DNA of 30,396 bases from a virus (Duplodnaviria > Heunggongvirae > Uroviricota > Caudoviricetes). Position numbers and translations under genes: made by a program. The stretch's first letter is position 1. Each line of letters starts with the position of its first letter. Below the pieces are notes generated by a model that was given only the letters and a program-made list of their open reading frames with translations, was not told the DNA's origin and did no database searches. Shown in pieces: positions 17,995-28,169 of this stretch. The DNA is taken from the IMG/VR virus record IMGVR_UViG_2737471845_000005; one strand, 5' to 3'.

Positions 17995-18035
17995 CAGCCA
18001 CATGGCCCCCTGGCGGGGCCATTAAGGATGACCCG

Positions 18036-18257
18036 ATGGCAAAAAATAATGCAGTAATACACGTACATACCCCGTTTGTGCTCACGCTTCCCGACGGTTC
18101 ACGGCGCGAGTTTGTTAAAGGCCGTCATGCTGTGGAGGAAGACGTTGCCACGCACTGGTTCACTCGTGCGCACGCGGAAGTATCCGTTGGCAAAGCCACA
18201 GACGCGCGTAACGAGGTAAAAAATGCCAAAGAATCAAAGTCTGCCAGCGGTAAGTGA
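18036..18257 (+). CDS. Small head-associated hypothetical protein
   Basis: 73-aa ORF with AAGGA ribosome-binding site after the capsid gene. Confidence 0.45.
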   Translation: MAKNNAVIHVHTPFVLTLPDGSRREFVKGRHAVEEDVATHWFTRAHAEVSVGKATDARNEVKNAKESKSASGK

Positions 18258-18630
18258 TTTTCGCCGCGACTTCCCGCAGTTTGCTGACCCTGCCAAATAT
18301 CCCGAAGCGCAAATCCAGTTTCGTCTGAATCTGGCCGATGAACTGCTGAGCGAAAACGTCACCGGCAAAAAGTTGTTTCCGTACTTTGCCGGGTTGTTCG
18401 TTGCGCACTACATGACGCTCTGGGCGGCAGACAGCCGGGCGATGCTGGCTGGCGAGCCGGGCGGTTCAACCAATGGTGTTCAGTCCTCAAAGTCCGTGGA
18501 TAAGGTAAGCGTCAGTTATGACACCAGCGCGACGCTGAATCCTGATGCAGGTTTCTGGAATAACACCCGATATGGCGCTGAATTTTATCAGTTGATCACG
18601 ATGTTCGGTGCAGGTGGTCGCCAGCTATGA
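18223..18630 (+). CDS. Putative head-tail connector/completion protein
   Basis: 135-aa ORF in an overlapping-coupled gene series within the structural module. Confidence 0.45.
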   Translation: MPKNQSLPAVSDFRRDFPQFADPAKYPEAQIQFRLNLADELLSENVTGKKLFPYFAGLFVAHYMTLWAADSRAMLAGEPGGSTNGVQSSKSVDKVSVSYDTSATLNPDAGFWNNTRYGAEFYQLITMFGAGGRQL

Positions 18631-19181
18631 GTTTCAAAAGCGGTGTAACAACGAGGGTGGATAACGCTAAGGCTATTCTGGATGCGCTCAGGTCGTTAAC
18701 CAAAAAAGATGTGCTGGTCGGCATCCCTTCGGAAGACAGCGAGCGGGATGATGTTCCGTTTGGTAATGCGGGCATCGGTTACCTCAACGAATACGGCTCA
18801 CCAGAGCAGAACATCCCGCCACGACCTCACCTGGTCCCCGGCGTTAAATCGGCAGAAGAGCAGACGGTGCCGCAGCTCAAAGCCGCGGCGCAGGCTGCAC
18901 TTGATGGTAATGCTGCGGGAGCAGAAAGCGCACTCAACCGTGCCGGAACACTGGCCGCTAATGGCGTCAGGCGTTACATGACCATTACCGGCTTTACGCC
19001 GCTTGCTGACAGTACTGTTGAAGCCCGGGCTCGTCGGGGGCGCAAGGGGGCAACACTGGAACTTGCCCGGCGTGCTGCTGGCGAATCCCCGGGAACCGAA
19101 CTGGCGAAACCATTAATTGACACCGGGCAATATCGCAGAGCGATTACCCATGTTGTGAGGGATAAAAATGCCGACTCTTGA
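18627..19181 (+). CDS. Putative head-tail joining protein
   Basis: 184-aa ORF, ATGA-coupled to the previous gene. Confidence 0.45.
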   Translation: MSFKSGVTTRVDNAKAILDALRSLTKKDVLVGIPSEDSERDDVPFGNAGIGYLNEYGSPEQNIPPRPHLVPGVKSAEEQTVPQLKAAAQAALDGNAAGAESALNRAGTLAANGVRRYMTITGFTPLADSTVEARARRGRKGATLELARRAAGESPGTELAKPLIDTGQYRRAITHVVRDKNADS

Positions 19182-19557
19182 TGTAACAGATGTGCTTTTT
19201 GACCCCGATTTTTGCGACTTCAATTTGTGGGTAACACGCCGTGTGCAAACGGTGGATGAGGACGGGATCGGCAGCGACAGCGAAGTTAAAAAGCAGTTTG
19301 CCGGAGTCGTAACTGTTGATCGCTCTCTGGAAAACCGTCGTATGCAGGCCGGGCAGGTAATCAGCGGTGCAATTCTGATTGTGACGACTGAGCGACTGAC
19401 GCAGGGACAGACTGGCCGTGATGCCGATATCGTGACGTATCAGGGCCGTGATTATCGTGTGACTTTCGTCGACCCGTATACAGCGTATGGTGCCGGATTC
19501 GTTCAGGCGCATTGTGAGTTGCTGCCGTTTGATGGGGGAATTCCGGTTGAGCAATAA
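19168..19557 (+). CDS. Putative tail completion protein
   Basis: 129-aa ORF, coupled in the structural series. Confidence 0.45.
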   Translation: MPTLDVTDVLFDPDFCDFNLWVTRRVQTVDEDGIGSDSEVKKQFAGVVTVDRSLENRRMQAGQVISGAILIVTTERLTQGQTGRDADIVTYQGRDYRVTFVDPYTAYGAGFVQAHCELLPFDGGIPVEQ

Positions 19558-20095
19558 CACCAGCACAGAGCGCGGATGGCTGATACCAACCAGTGGCGAT
19601 CCGGATTATGACGAAGCGCTCGACAGGCTGTTAAGCCAGTGGATGCGTAACGTTTCCGGTCTGTCTGCCGGGATGGTTCGCCCGCGCTGGCAGAAAGAGC
19701 AGCCGCCACTGCTACCGGCTGAAACGAACTGGTGTGCGTTTGGGGTTATCGGATGGTCAGGTGATGACAGTCCGGCATTCACCAGACAGACTGATGATGG
19801 CTCTCAGCTCTGGCGGCATGAAACGATTGAGTGTATGGCTTCGTTTTATGGTCCGGCGGGGATGGTGTATGCGTCCCGGTTTCGTGACGGTATATCTGTA
19901 CCGCAGAACAACGCAGCACTGAATGTGCTGGGGCTGTCTCTTGGCGATTACACAGGTCTGACTCCCTTCCCTGAACTTATTAATCAGCAATGGGTCCGCC
20001 GCTACGATATGACGGTGCGTCTGCGCCGGAAGGTTGTGCGCGAGTACGGTATTAAATCGCTGGTGGAAGCACCAGTCATCTTTTTCGGAGATTAA
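19487..20095 (+). CDS. Hypothetical virion protein (start uncertain)
   Basis: 202-aa ORF overlapping the previous gene by 70 bp; the true start may be downstream. Confidence 0.4.
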   Translation: MVPDSFRRIVSCCRLMGEFRLSNNTSTERGWLIPTSGDPDYDEALDRLLSQWMRNVSGLSAGMVRPRWQKEQPPLLPAETNWCAFGVIGWSGDDSPAFTRQTDDGSQLWRHETIECMASFYGPAGMVYASRFRDGISVPQNNAALNVLGLSLGDYTGLTPFPELINQQWVRRYDMTVRLRRKVVREYGIKSLVEAPVIFFGD

Positions 20096-20098
20096 GCT

Positions 20099-21244
20099 AT
20101 GGCACAGGGCTTGCCTGTATCAAACGTTGTTAATGTTGATGTGATCATGTCGCCGCGTGCAGCATCAGGGCGAAATTTTGGTGCATTACTCATTCTCGGC
20201 CCGTCCACAATCATTCCGGTAAGTGAGCGCATTCGCCGTTATTCTGCCGCGGAAGATATTGGAAAAGATTTTGGCGTGGAATCACCAGAATATAAGGCTG
20301 CGCAGGTGTTTTTCTCTCAATCACCGAAACCTCAGGAGGTTTTTGTTGGTCGTTGGGTGAAAACGAAGGGAGACAGCGAACAGGCCACGCCTGAGACGCT
20401 GGAGCAGGCTGTGAATGCCATGCTCGATTATACTTCATGGTATGGGCTGGGGATTGCAGACGATGCAGATATTCCGGATGCAGACTGGCTGAAAGTGGCT
20501 GCGGCGATCGAATCCTCTTCTGTAAGCCGTATTCTGGCGATTACGACAAGCGATGAGAAATGCCTGCAGACTGCATCCAGCGATGATTTGGCATCAAAAC
20601 TGAAAACCGCCGGATATTCACGCAGTTTTATTCAGTATTCATCGGGTAATAAATACGCTGCGTTATCTGCATTTGGCCGGGCATTCACGGTTAATTTCAA
20701 TGGCAGTAATACCGCGATTACGCTCAAGTTTAAGCAGGCGCCGGGCGTCGGGTATGAAACACTGACAGTCAGCCAGGCATCGGCACTTGATGCAAAAAAC
20801 TGCAATGTATTCGTGTACTACCAGAATGATACGGCTATCCTCCAGCAGGGAGTGATGGCTAACGGCGATTTCTTTGATGAACGCCACGGCCTGGACTGGT
20901 TACAGAATTATGTGCAGACCAACCTCTATAACCTGCTTTATACCAGCACCACGAAAGTACCCCAGACTGAAGCCGGTATTACCAGACTGTTATCAAGTGT
21001 TGAAAAATCACTGGATCAGGCCGTTCAGAATGGACTGATTGCTCCGGGCGTATGGAACGGTGGCGACCTGGGTCAGTTGTCATCAGGTGACACGCTGCCC
21101 AAAGGTTATTACGTATACGCCCAGCCACTGGATGAACAGGCACAATCAGAACGTGAAGCCCGTAAGGCTCCGGTGATTCAGGCTGCAATAAAACTTGCAG
21201 GCGCGGTTCATTACGCTGACGTACAGATTAACGTTGTTCGCTAA
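20099..21244 (+). CDS. Putative tail sheath protein
   Basis: 381 aa, directly followed by a 146-aa tube-sized gene, a chaperone with frameshift, and a tape measure gene; baseplate V/W/J genes downstream imply a contractile tail. Confidence 0.5.
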   Translation: MAQGLPVSNVVNVDVIMSPRAASGRNFGALLILGPSTIIPVSERIRRYSAAEDIGKDFGVESPEYKAAQVFFSQSPKPQEVFVGRWVKTKGDSEQATPETLEQAVNAMLDYTSWYGLGIADDADIPDADWLKVAAAIESSSVSRILAITTSDEKCLQTASSDDLASKLKTAGYSRSFIQYSSGNKYAALSAFGRAFTVNFNGSNTAITLKFKQAPGVGYETLTVSQASALDAKNCNVFVYYQNDTAILQQGVMANGDFFDERHGLDWLQNYVQTNLYNLLYTSTTKVPQTEAGITRLLSSVEKSLDQAVQNGLIAPGVWNGGDLGQLSSGDTLPKGYYVYAQPLDEQAQSEREARKAPVIQAAIKLAGAVHYADVQINVVR

Positions 21245-21254
21245 GGGGAAGTGA

Positions 21255-21695
21255 ATGTCTACCTATTCTTTTATGGATGTCACTGCGACGCTGACCGGGC
21301 CGACCGGTTCGATTGACCTCGGGTACGGTTCGGCAAGTTCTGAAGAGGGGATTGTGGTTGCGATGGGCGGTCCTAAAAACACCATGACCATCGGTGCTGA
21401 TGGCGAAGTGATGCACAGTCTCCATGCAGATAAAAGCGGGACGATTACCGTTAACCTTCTGAAGACATCACCGACAAATAAAAAATTGTCGCTGGCGTAT
21501 AACGCACAGAGCCAGTCTTCTGCCACATGGGGGAATAACGTTATCGTGATCCGCAACAAGGTCAGCGGCGACATCATCACGGCACGCAGTGTTGCGTTCC
21601 AGAAACAACCGGATAACGCCAACGCTAAAACCGGTAATACGATGCCGTGGGTGTTTGACTGCGGCAAGATTGACCAGGTTCTCGGGGAGTTTTAA
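21255..21695 (+). CDS. Putative tail tube protein
   Basis: 146 aa, between sheath-like gene and chaperone. Confidence 0.5.
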   Translation: MSTYSFMDVTATLTGPTGSIDLGYGSASSEEGIVVAMGGPKNTMTIGADGEVMHSLHADKSGTITVNLLKTSPTNKKLSLAYNAQSQSSATWGNNVIVIRNKVSGDIITARSVAFQKQPDNANAKTGNTMPWVFDCGKIDQVLGEF

Positions 21696-21698
21696 TAC

Positions 21699-22151
21699 AT
21701 GGAGTTCGAAATCAAAGGCGTGAAATATCGCGTGGCAAAACTCAGCGTTTTTGACCAACTGAAAGTGACCCGCAAACTTCTGCCGGTGCTGGCAGGAATG
21801 ATGTCAGATTTCGGGAGCATTCGCTCCCGTTTGCCTGCTGATGGCAAAATCGACACCGTGAAATTCGAGCAGTTAAAACCGGTGTTTGAAACCATGCTCC
21901 CGCGTATCGCTGAGGAACTGTCTTCCCTGACCGAAGATGACACCAGTGCGATTATTCATCCCTGTCTTGCGGTGGTATCGCGGCGTCATATGGACGGATG
22001 GGTTCCGGTATTTACCCAGGGCGAACTGATGTTTGATGATATTGACTTGCTGGTCATGCTGCAGCTGGTGGCGCGGGTGGTCGCCGATTCGCTGGGAAAT
22101 TTTTTGCCTACACCCCTTACCAGCACGACGCAGAGCCTGCAACAGGGCTGA
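21699..22151 (+). CDS. Tail assembly chaperone (short form)
   Basis: 150 aa immediately upstream of the tape measure gene; a slippery run lies near its 3' end and the -1 frame stays open downstream. Confidence 0.6.
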   Translation: MEFEIKGVKYRVAKLSVFDQLKVTRKLLPVLAGMMSDFGSIRSRLPADGKIDTVKFEQLKPVFETMLPRIAEELSSLTEDDTSAIIHPCLAVVSRRHMDGWVPVFTQGELMFDDIDLLVMLQLVARVVADSLGNFLPTPLTSTTQSLQQG

Positions 22152-22339
22152 CGTTTAACAGCCTGCCGGACGGGCTGTCCTACCTTCTCAATCCGGTTGA
22201 CGCCGGGTTAATTCCTTATACAGCACTTAAAGATGGCTCTGTCGATTTGTACGATATTGCTCTTTTGAATGACCATCTGGCGGTAAAAGCGGATAACCAG
22301 CGGCGCATTGAGAAATGGAGAGAGGATAATGAACGCTGA
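22097..22339 (+). other. Predicted programmed -1 frameshift site and extension giving the long form of the tail assembly chaperone
   Basis: Slippery 'A AAT TTT TTG' in the zero frame at about 22097-22106; the -1 frame is open from before this site to a TGA at about 22337-22339, overlapping the tape measure ATG. Same layout as lambda G/GT and P2 E/E'. Confidence 0.5.
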
Positions 22340-24314
22340 AACTATTAAAGATTTCCTCGTCTCGCTTGGCTTCAGTGTGGATGATGCAGGAGCGAAAAAG
22401 TTCGGTTCTGTCCTCGCCGGTACAACTGCAAATGTCATCAAAATGGGGCTGGCCGTTGAAGGAGCCGCGCTGTCCGTGGTGGCCTTCACGGCTAAGATCG
22501 CCTCCGGTCTGGATAATCTTTACTGGGCGTCACAGCGCACTGGAGCGACAGTCCAGGGAATTCAGTCTATTGGCTATGCGGTTTCGCAGGTTGGCGGCAG
22601 CGTGGACGCTGCGCGATCTTCTCTGGAAAGCCTCTCCCGGTTTATTCGTAATAATCCCGGTGCAGAGGGATTTCTGAATCGCCTGGGCGTACAGACCCGT
22701 GATGCCAGCGGTAACATGCGTGACATGGCCGCTATCTTTACGGGCGTTGGACAGAAACTCAGCAGCATGCCGTATTACCGGGCTAACCAGTATGCGCAGA
22801 TGCTGGGCATTGACGAAAATACCCTGATGGCTATGCGTCGCGGAGTGGGGCAGTTCAGCGCTCAGTATTCAGAAATGGTGAAAGCGATCGGATTTAATGC
22901 CGATCAGGCTGCCTTATCGTCAAACCGGTTTATGACCTCGCTGAAATCGCTCGGTGAAATGGCCGGGATGGCGCGGGACAAAATCGGATCGAATCTTGCG
23001 GACGGACTGGCGGGGCAGATTGATAACCTGCGCAAAAAGATAATTGAAAATTTTCCCAAAATTGAAGTCACCATCACAAAGGTCATAAAAGGGATCCTCT
23101 GGCTGGGTGAGATAGTCGGGCGGGTTGCATTTCGGATAGTCGATGGTGTCGGAGATATCATCGAGTGGTGGGGAAAACTGGATGCCGAAACGAAAACCCT
23201 GATAGAGGTTATCGGCGGTCTGGTTGTCGCCATGCGGATACTTAACTCTACTTTCTGGATGTCACCTATAGGGCTGATTACCGGTCTGATCGTGGCTCTC
23301 GGTCTCTTGTGGGAAGACTACAAAACATGGAAAGAAGGCGGTAACAGTCTTATCGACTGGGAAAAATGGCAACCGGCAATAGATAAAGCGAAGGATGCGA
23401 TCACCTGGCTTCGTGATCACCTTCTGGAACTAAAAGATGGTGTTGGCGGCTGGCAAAATGCACTGGAAATCCTTGGTACATTCATCGCGGGTGTCTGGGT
23501 ATCCAGGGTTCTGGGGGCTTTCGGGAAAATATCAGGTTTGCCGGTCCCGCCGTGGTTAAAAGGCTGGATGGCTTATGCTGCGTATTTGTACTCTGATCGC
23601 GAAAATATTGGTGCCAGTGCGAAGTCATCCTGGGATTACACGAAACAAAATATTGGAGATTCATTGCGCTGGCTTGGCATTGATACCGATTTTGGTCGTA
23701 ATCCTCATACCGTAAAAGGCGCAAATATTCAGTCAGATATTCCAGGTGCTGAGCCGGAACAATATGCACAGGCTACGAAACGAGGAGAACGGAATAACAA
23801 TCCGGGAAACCTTAATTTTGCTGGTCAGGCAGGGGCTTCTCTTGAACGCCCGGGCGGGCGATTTGCCAGATTTGAAACTGCCTTTGATGGATTACGGGCT
23901 CTTGCTCGTCAGTTAATGCTGTACGCCGGACGGGGAATAAACAGTGTGGAGAAAATTATCTCTACCTGGGCACCTGCGTCTGATAATAACAACACAACAG
24001 CGTATATCAGGGCTGTATCGCAACGACTGGGAGTGGATCCCCGGGTTGCCCTGAATATGAGCGATCCGCAAACCATGTCAGCATTGATGAGCAGCATTAT
24101 CCAGCATGAGAATGGAAGAAATATCTATTCTCGAGAGCTGATTAATAAGGCTGCCGTGGCGGGAATTAGTGGCAAAGTGACAGAGGTTAACCAGCAAAAT
24201 ACCTACCACATTTACGGTGGCGGAGATCCGCACGCTGTCGGTAATGAGGTTGCACGTCGGCAACAGTCTGCAAATGCTCAGGTCATGCGAAGTAATCAGG
24301 TGAGGGTGGGTTAG
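22329..24314 (+). CDS. Tail tape measure protein
   Basis: 662 aa from ATG 22329 (strong GGAGAGAGGA ribosome-binding site; the track's 22308 start lacks one); central hydrophobic helices; follows the chaperone/frameshift pair. Confidence 0.65.
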   Translation: MNAETIKDFLVSLGFSVDDAGAKKFGSVLAGTTANVIKMGLAVEGAALSVVAFTAKIASGLDNLYWASQRTGATVQGIQSIGYAVSQVGGSVDAARSSLESLSRFIRNNPGAEGFLNRLGVQTRDASGNMRDMAAIFTGVGQKLSSMPYYRANQYAQMLGIDENTLMAMRRGVGQFSAQYSEMVKAIGFNADQAALSSNRFMTSLKSLGEMAGMARDKIGSNLADGLAGQIDNLRKKIIENFPKIEVTITKVIKGILWLGEIVGRVAFRIVDGVGDIIEWWGKLDAETKTLIEVIGGLVVAMRILNSTFWMSPIGLITGLIVALGLLWEDYKTWKEGGNSLIDWEKWQPAIDKAKDAITWLRDHLLELKDGVGGWQNALEILGTFIAGVWVSRVLGAFGKISGLPVPPWLKGWMAYAAYLYSDRENIGASAKSSWDYTKQNIGDSLRWLGIDTDFGRNPHTVKGANIQSDIPGAEPEQYAQATKRGERNNNPGNLNFAGQAGASLERPGGRFARFETAFDGLRALARQLMLYAGRGINSVEKIISTWAPASDNNNTTAYIRAVSQRLGVDPRVALNMSDPQTMSALMSSIIQHENGRNIYSRELINKAAVAGISGKVTEVNQQNTYHIYGGGDPHAVGNEVARRQQSANAQVMRSNQVRVG

Positions 24315-24901
24315 TGGATATTCTCTCTACACTTTTTCATCAGCAGAGCAGAAAAATAGGAATGATTGTTCCCAGTGTTGTTATTTCAGAGAAGCATACA
24401 GATATGCTTGAAATAACAGAGCATCCGGTAGAGGTCGGGGCCGCTGTCGCTGATCATGCCTATAAAAAACCGTCAGAAGTGGTGATGGAGGTTGGTTTTG
24501 CCGGTGGCGGCGCATTGCTGGATTTTGCCAGTAACCTGACGGCTATCAGCCTGCTCGGCCTGAGTCCTCAGCAGACGTATCAGGAGCTACTGGGTCTGCA
24601 GGAAAGCCGTATCCCCTTCGATGTGGTAAGCGGTAAACGGCTGTACAGCAACATGTTGATCCGGGCGCTGGAAGTGACGACGGACAAGACAACCGAAAAC
24701 GTCCTGTCCGCCGTCCTCACCCTGAGGGAGGTCATTATCTCCCGGACACAGCAGATTACCGTCGCGGATAAAACCAACATGAAGGAAGGGGCCAGCACGT
24801 CGGCGGTACAGAACAGCGGCAACAAAACCACAAAGCCTCCAGATACTTCACTGCTGAAAAGCATCACGGGTAACGTGGCGTCATTACTGGGGGGCGGCTA
24901 A
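24314..24901 (+). CDS. Tail/baseplate protein (hypothetical)
   Basis: 195-aa ORF, GTG start overlapping the tape measure stop. Confidence 0.45.
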   Translation: MDILSTLFHQQSRKIGMIVPSVVISEKHTDMLEITEHPVEVGAAVADHAYKKPSEVVMEVGFAGGGALLDFASNLTAISLLGLSPQQTYQELLGLQESRIPFDVVSGKRLYSNMLIRALEVTTDKTTENVLSAVLTLREVIISRTQQITVADKTNMKEGASTSAVQNSGNKTTKPPDTSLLKSITGNVASLLGGG

Positions 24902-25203
24902 TGACAATTCAGGAAATTCCGCTGACAGCGGACAACCAGCAGTTCAGCATCGTCCTGGGTGGTGTCACCTGGCGGATTAGCATCATATGGCGCGATCTGT
25001 ACTGGATTATGGACCTGCAGAACGACAGAGGGAAGCCGGTAATCTCCGGTATTCCTCTCGTCACTGGTGCTGACCTGCTGGCGCAGTACGCCTGTATGGG
25101 GCTTGGTTTTAAGCTGGTGGTGGTCTGTGATGACAACACACAGGATTACCCCACAAAAACTGACCTGGGCGGTCGCAGCCATTTACTGGTATCAACGGAG
25201 TAA
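24901..25203 (+). CDS. Tail/baseplate protein (hypothetical)
   Basis: 100-aa ORF coupled to the previous gene. Confidence 0.4.
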   Translation: MTIQEIPLTADNQQFSIVLGGVTWRISIIWRDLYWIMDLQNDRGKPVISGIPLVTGADLLAQYACMGLGFKLVVVCDDNTQDYPTKTDLGGRSHLLVSTE

Positions 25204-25205
25204 GC

Positions 25206-26270
25206 ATGTCACAGAACTGGATGAGACATTTCGAGCTGCAGCTTGTGGACGGGAACGGTCAGGGAATTGAGCTAAGTGATTTCAAAGTCACCTTTACGAT
25301 CGACTGGTTCAACATCAGCAGCGCGTCCCGGGTAGGGACTATCAAAATTTATAACCTCTCGGCAGATACTGTGAACCGAATTACCGGGCAGGAGTTTTCG
25401 AAAGTGCGTCTGATTGCCGGTTACGACGGTATCGCGCCGGAGGTGTCGGCAAGCGATGTCGGGACCGTGCGCGAAGTCGACGCGGCGGACGTGGGCCAGA
25501 GCGATGGCCGCAACTACGGACTGATTTTCAGCGGTGAAATTCGCTACTCGGTCACAGGAAAAGACAGTCCGGTTGATACCTACGTCCTGATTCAGGCAGC
25601 AGATACTGATCTGGCTTTTGCTACCAGTATAACCTCACAGACGCTGGCTGCCGGTTACACGGTCGCTGATGTGAACCGTGCGCTGATGAAAGACTTCGAA
25701 GCCAAAGGCGCGACCGAAGGCCTGACGCCTGAAATGCCTGCTACTGTATTCCCCCGGGGGCGGGTGCTCTTTGGCATGACGCGGCATCTTATGGATAACG
25801 TAGCCGGGCAATGTGGCGCAACATGGCAATTCGTGGACGGTCAACGCCAGATGGTGGCGAATAACGAATATGTTCATGAAGCGATTGTGCTCAACAGCGC
25901 TACCGGGCTTATTGGCATGCCGCAGCAAACTATCGGTAACGGCGTAAACGTCCGCGCGCTTATTAATCCGAACATCCGGGTTAACGGACTCATTCAGCTG
26001 GATCAGGCTTCCGTGTATCGTACCGCCTTGTCGAACAACGATATTGCGATGGCTGGTGGTCAGATCACCGACCAGAACACGGATGGAAATATCACGCTAA
26101 GCGGCACCACATCGCAGCCTGCCAGCATCGCAACGGATGGCGTTTATATTGTGCGCGGTATTATGTACACTGGCGACACAAGGGGCCAGGCGTGGTACAT
26201 GGATATGATGTGCTTTGCTCGAGGTGCTAGTGATATTCCTAGCCAGTCAGCGATGAATCGAGGTGCATAA
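25206..26270 (+). CDS. Tail/baseplate hub-like protein (hypothetical)
   Basis: 354-aa ORF in the tail module upstream of the baseplate genes. Confidence 0.45.
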   Translation: MSQNWMRHFELQLVDGNGQGIELSDFKVTFTIDWFNISSASRVGTIKIYNLSADTVNRITGQEFSKVRLIAGYDGIAPEVSASDVGTVREVDAADVGQSDGRNYGLIFSGEIRYSVTGKDSPVDTYVLIQAADTDLAFATSITSQTLAAGYTVADVNRALMKDFEAKGATEGLTPEMPATVFPRGRVLFGMTRHLMDNVAGQCGATWQFVDGQRQMVANNEYVHEAIVLNSATGLIGMPQQTIGNGVNVRALINPNIRVNGLIQLDQASVYRTALSNNDIAMAGGQITDQNTDGNITLSGTTSQPASIATDGVYIVRGIMYTGDTRGQAWYMDMMCFARGASDIPSQSAMNRGA

Positions 26271-26272
26271 TA

Positions 26273-26998
26273 GTGAGCAGGCTTGCGATAACCACAATCG
26301 TATTTTCTCTTTTTTTAACTTCATGTAGTTGGGATCCTAATGGTGCTAAAGCGCAGGAAAAATGGCTATCCCAAAAAAATGAAGAAAAACAAGCGTACGA
26401 TAAGCAAGTTGAGGAGAGCCAGAAAAGCAGGCTTCAAATACAGCGCGAAGAAAAGTCTCAATTTGAAGTTTCACATCCAGAGGTTATCGTTGCTGGTGTT
26501 GGGAACGAGCTTAAAAGTAAAGGTGCAGAATCTTTGCGAGATGCGTACAACAGCATTCCATTCGTAACTCGTTATCCGGGAACCACGGACCCTAACAAAG
26601 TTTATACCTATGTCGGTGACTACAAATTAAATTTGCAACTGGTTAACACATCTGTGCTTTCTCAGATCTCAGATTGCAAACGCATTTCAGCGTATGCCGA
26701 TGTTGATATTAATCGTACTTGCTTCAATCAAATTGGAAATGATTTGAGTTTGTTTGCATCTGTAATTAAAGACAAAAATATTACTGGAATTGCAAAAAAA
26801 GCAGCTCTACGAGATTCAACTTACGGAACCAAAATTGATTTTGGTCATGCTGCGCGTTTAGCAAAAATGCATGCCACTTTATGCCAAAAGCAGGGCGGTA
26901 AAGGATTTGTCAAAATGTCGACTGTAGCTGTGCCTTGCGGCTCTTCAGGCGATGTAATTAACTATCGAAGCGCCGGTAAGATGGGGCTTATAAACTGA
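26273..26998 (+). CDS. AT-rich lipoprotein moron inside the tail module
   Basis: GTG start right after the previous stop; signal peptide plus lipobox 'MSRLAITTIVFSLFLTSC'; visibly lower GC than neighbours; followed by a strong intrinsic terminator. Confidence 0.6.
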   Translation: MSRLAITTIVFSLFLTSCSWDPNGAKAQEKWLSQKNEEKQAYDKQVEESQKSRLQIQREEKSQFEVSHPEVIVAGVGNELKSKGAESLRDAYNSIPFVTRYPGTTDPNKVYTYVGDYKLNLQLVNTSVLSQISDCKRISAYADVDINRTCFNQIGNDLSLFASVIKDKNITGIAKKAALRDSTYGTKIDFGHAARLAKMHATLCQKQGGKGFVKMSTVAVPCGSSGDVINYRSAGKMGLIN

Positions 26999-27018
26999 AA
27001 AGATCAAATTAGTCACAT

Positions 27019-27047
27019 AAAACCCGCCGGATGGCGGGTTTTTTGCT
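27019..27047 (+). terminator. Rho-independent terminator after the lipoprotein gene
   Basis: 'aacccgcc-ggat-ggcgggtt' hairpin followed by TTTTTT. Confidence 0.75.
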
Positions 27048-27063
27048 TTCTGGAGCCTACTAA

Positions 27064-27816
27064 ATGGCAGTATCTGACCAGACCCGCAGCGGCGACCTTG
27101 CCGAAACATTCAAATCTGAACGGGAAACAACAAAGAACCAGATCCGTGTCGCCTTGCCTGGCATTATTCAGTCATTCGTTCCTGATGCGGTGACGGCAGT
27201 TGTGCAGCCTGCTATCCGTTCGGTTGAAAAGGATAATGACGGCAACCGCATTACCCAAAATTACCCATTGCTGGTGGATGTACCAGTGGTATTCCCGCGC
27301 GGCGGAGGCTGTACGTTGACTTTTCCGGTAAAAGCCGGGGATGAGTGTCTTGTCGTTTTTGCCGATCGTTGTATTGATTTCTGGTGGCAGAGTGGCGGGA
27401 TACAGGAGCCAGTCGATGACAGAATGCATGATTTATCGGATGCGTTTTGTATTGTCGGTCCCCAGTCGCAGGCGAGGAAGATTAGCTGTATTAATACCAG
27501 TGCCACACAGTTGCGTAGTGACGACGGCAGCACCTATTTTGAGCTTAATCCTGATACCAGGAAAATTAAAATTGTCGCTCCGGGTGGTCTTGATGTGGTT
27601 GCCCCTCTGGCTGATTTTTCTGAGAAAGTAACCATTCATGGCCTGTTAACCTGGATGGGGGGCATGGTGGGGTCTGTTGTTTCTGGTGTGGCCTCAAAAA
27701 TCACTGGTGCTGTTGAGTTTTTGGGGAGCGTGAAGGCTAACGGCAAGCCAATCGATGATACGCACACTCATGGTGGTGTTCAGCGCGGTGGAAGCAATAC
27801 CGATGGGGTAAACTGA
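27064..27816 (+). CDS. Baseplate assembly protein V-like (spike/hub)
   Basis: 250 aa, first of a V/W/J/I-type series; Gly-rich C-terminus. Confidence 0.55.
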   Translation: MAVSDQTRSGDLAETFKSERETTKNQIRVALPGIIQSFVPDAVTAVVQPAIRSVEKDNDGNRITQNYPLLVDVPVVFPRGGGCTLTFPVKAGDECLVVFADRCIDFWWQSGGIQEPVDDRMHDLSDAFCIVGPQSQARKISCINTSATQLRSDDGSTYFELNPDTRKIKIVAPGGLDVVAPLADFSEKVTIHGLLTWMGGMVGSVVSGVASKITGAVEFLGSVKANGKPIDDTHTHGGVQRGGSNTDGVN

Positions 27817-28169
27817 TGCGATACAGACGTGAAGACGCCGATGGCGATTACACCTTTGGCAGCGGTGATGACACCTGGCTGATTAACTCGCCTGAGGCCG
27901 TAGCACAGGCTGTGAAAACGCGATTCGAATTGTGGTATGGGCAATGGTTTCTCGACACCACCGAAGGGACTCCGTGGATCCAGTCCGTGCTCGGTAAGCA
28001 GAAGCCGGAAACCTACAACCTGGCGATCCGTAAGCGCATCCTCGAAACGCGGGGCGTTAAATCAATCCTCTCTTTCAATACGACGGTGGATACCACGACC
28101 CGACGTGTCATGTTTTCCGCTGAAATCGACACTCTCTATGGAATAACGACTGTTAAATCGGAGGCGTAA
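27816..28169 (+). CDS. Baseplate protein W / gp25-like
   Basis: 117 aa, ATGA-coupled between the V-like and J-like genes. Confidence 0.55.
   Translation: MRYRREDADGDYTFGSGDDTWLINSPEAVAQAVKTRFELWYGQWFLDTTEGTPWIQSVLGKQKPETYNLAIRKRILETRGVKSILSFNTTVDTTTRRVMFSAEIDTLYGITTVKSEA

Noticed and set aside
22308..22328. Tape measure start at 22308 (MRNGERIMNAET...)
   Set aside because: The internal ATG at 22329 has a strong GGAGAGAGGA ribosome-binding site, and the upstream codons coincide with the chaperone frameshift extension.
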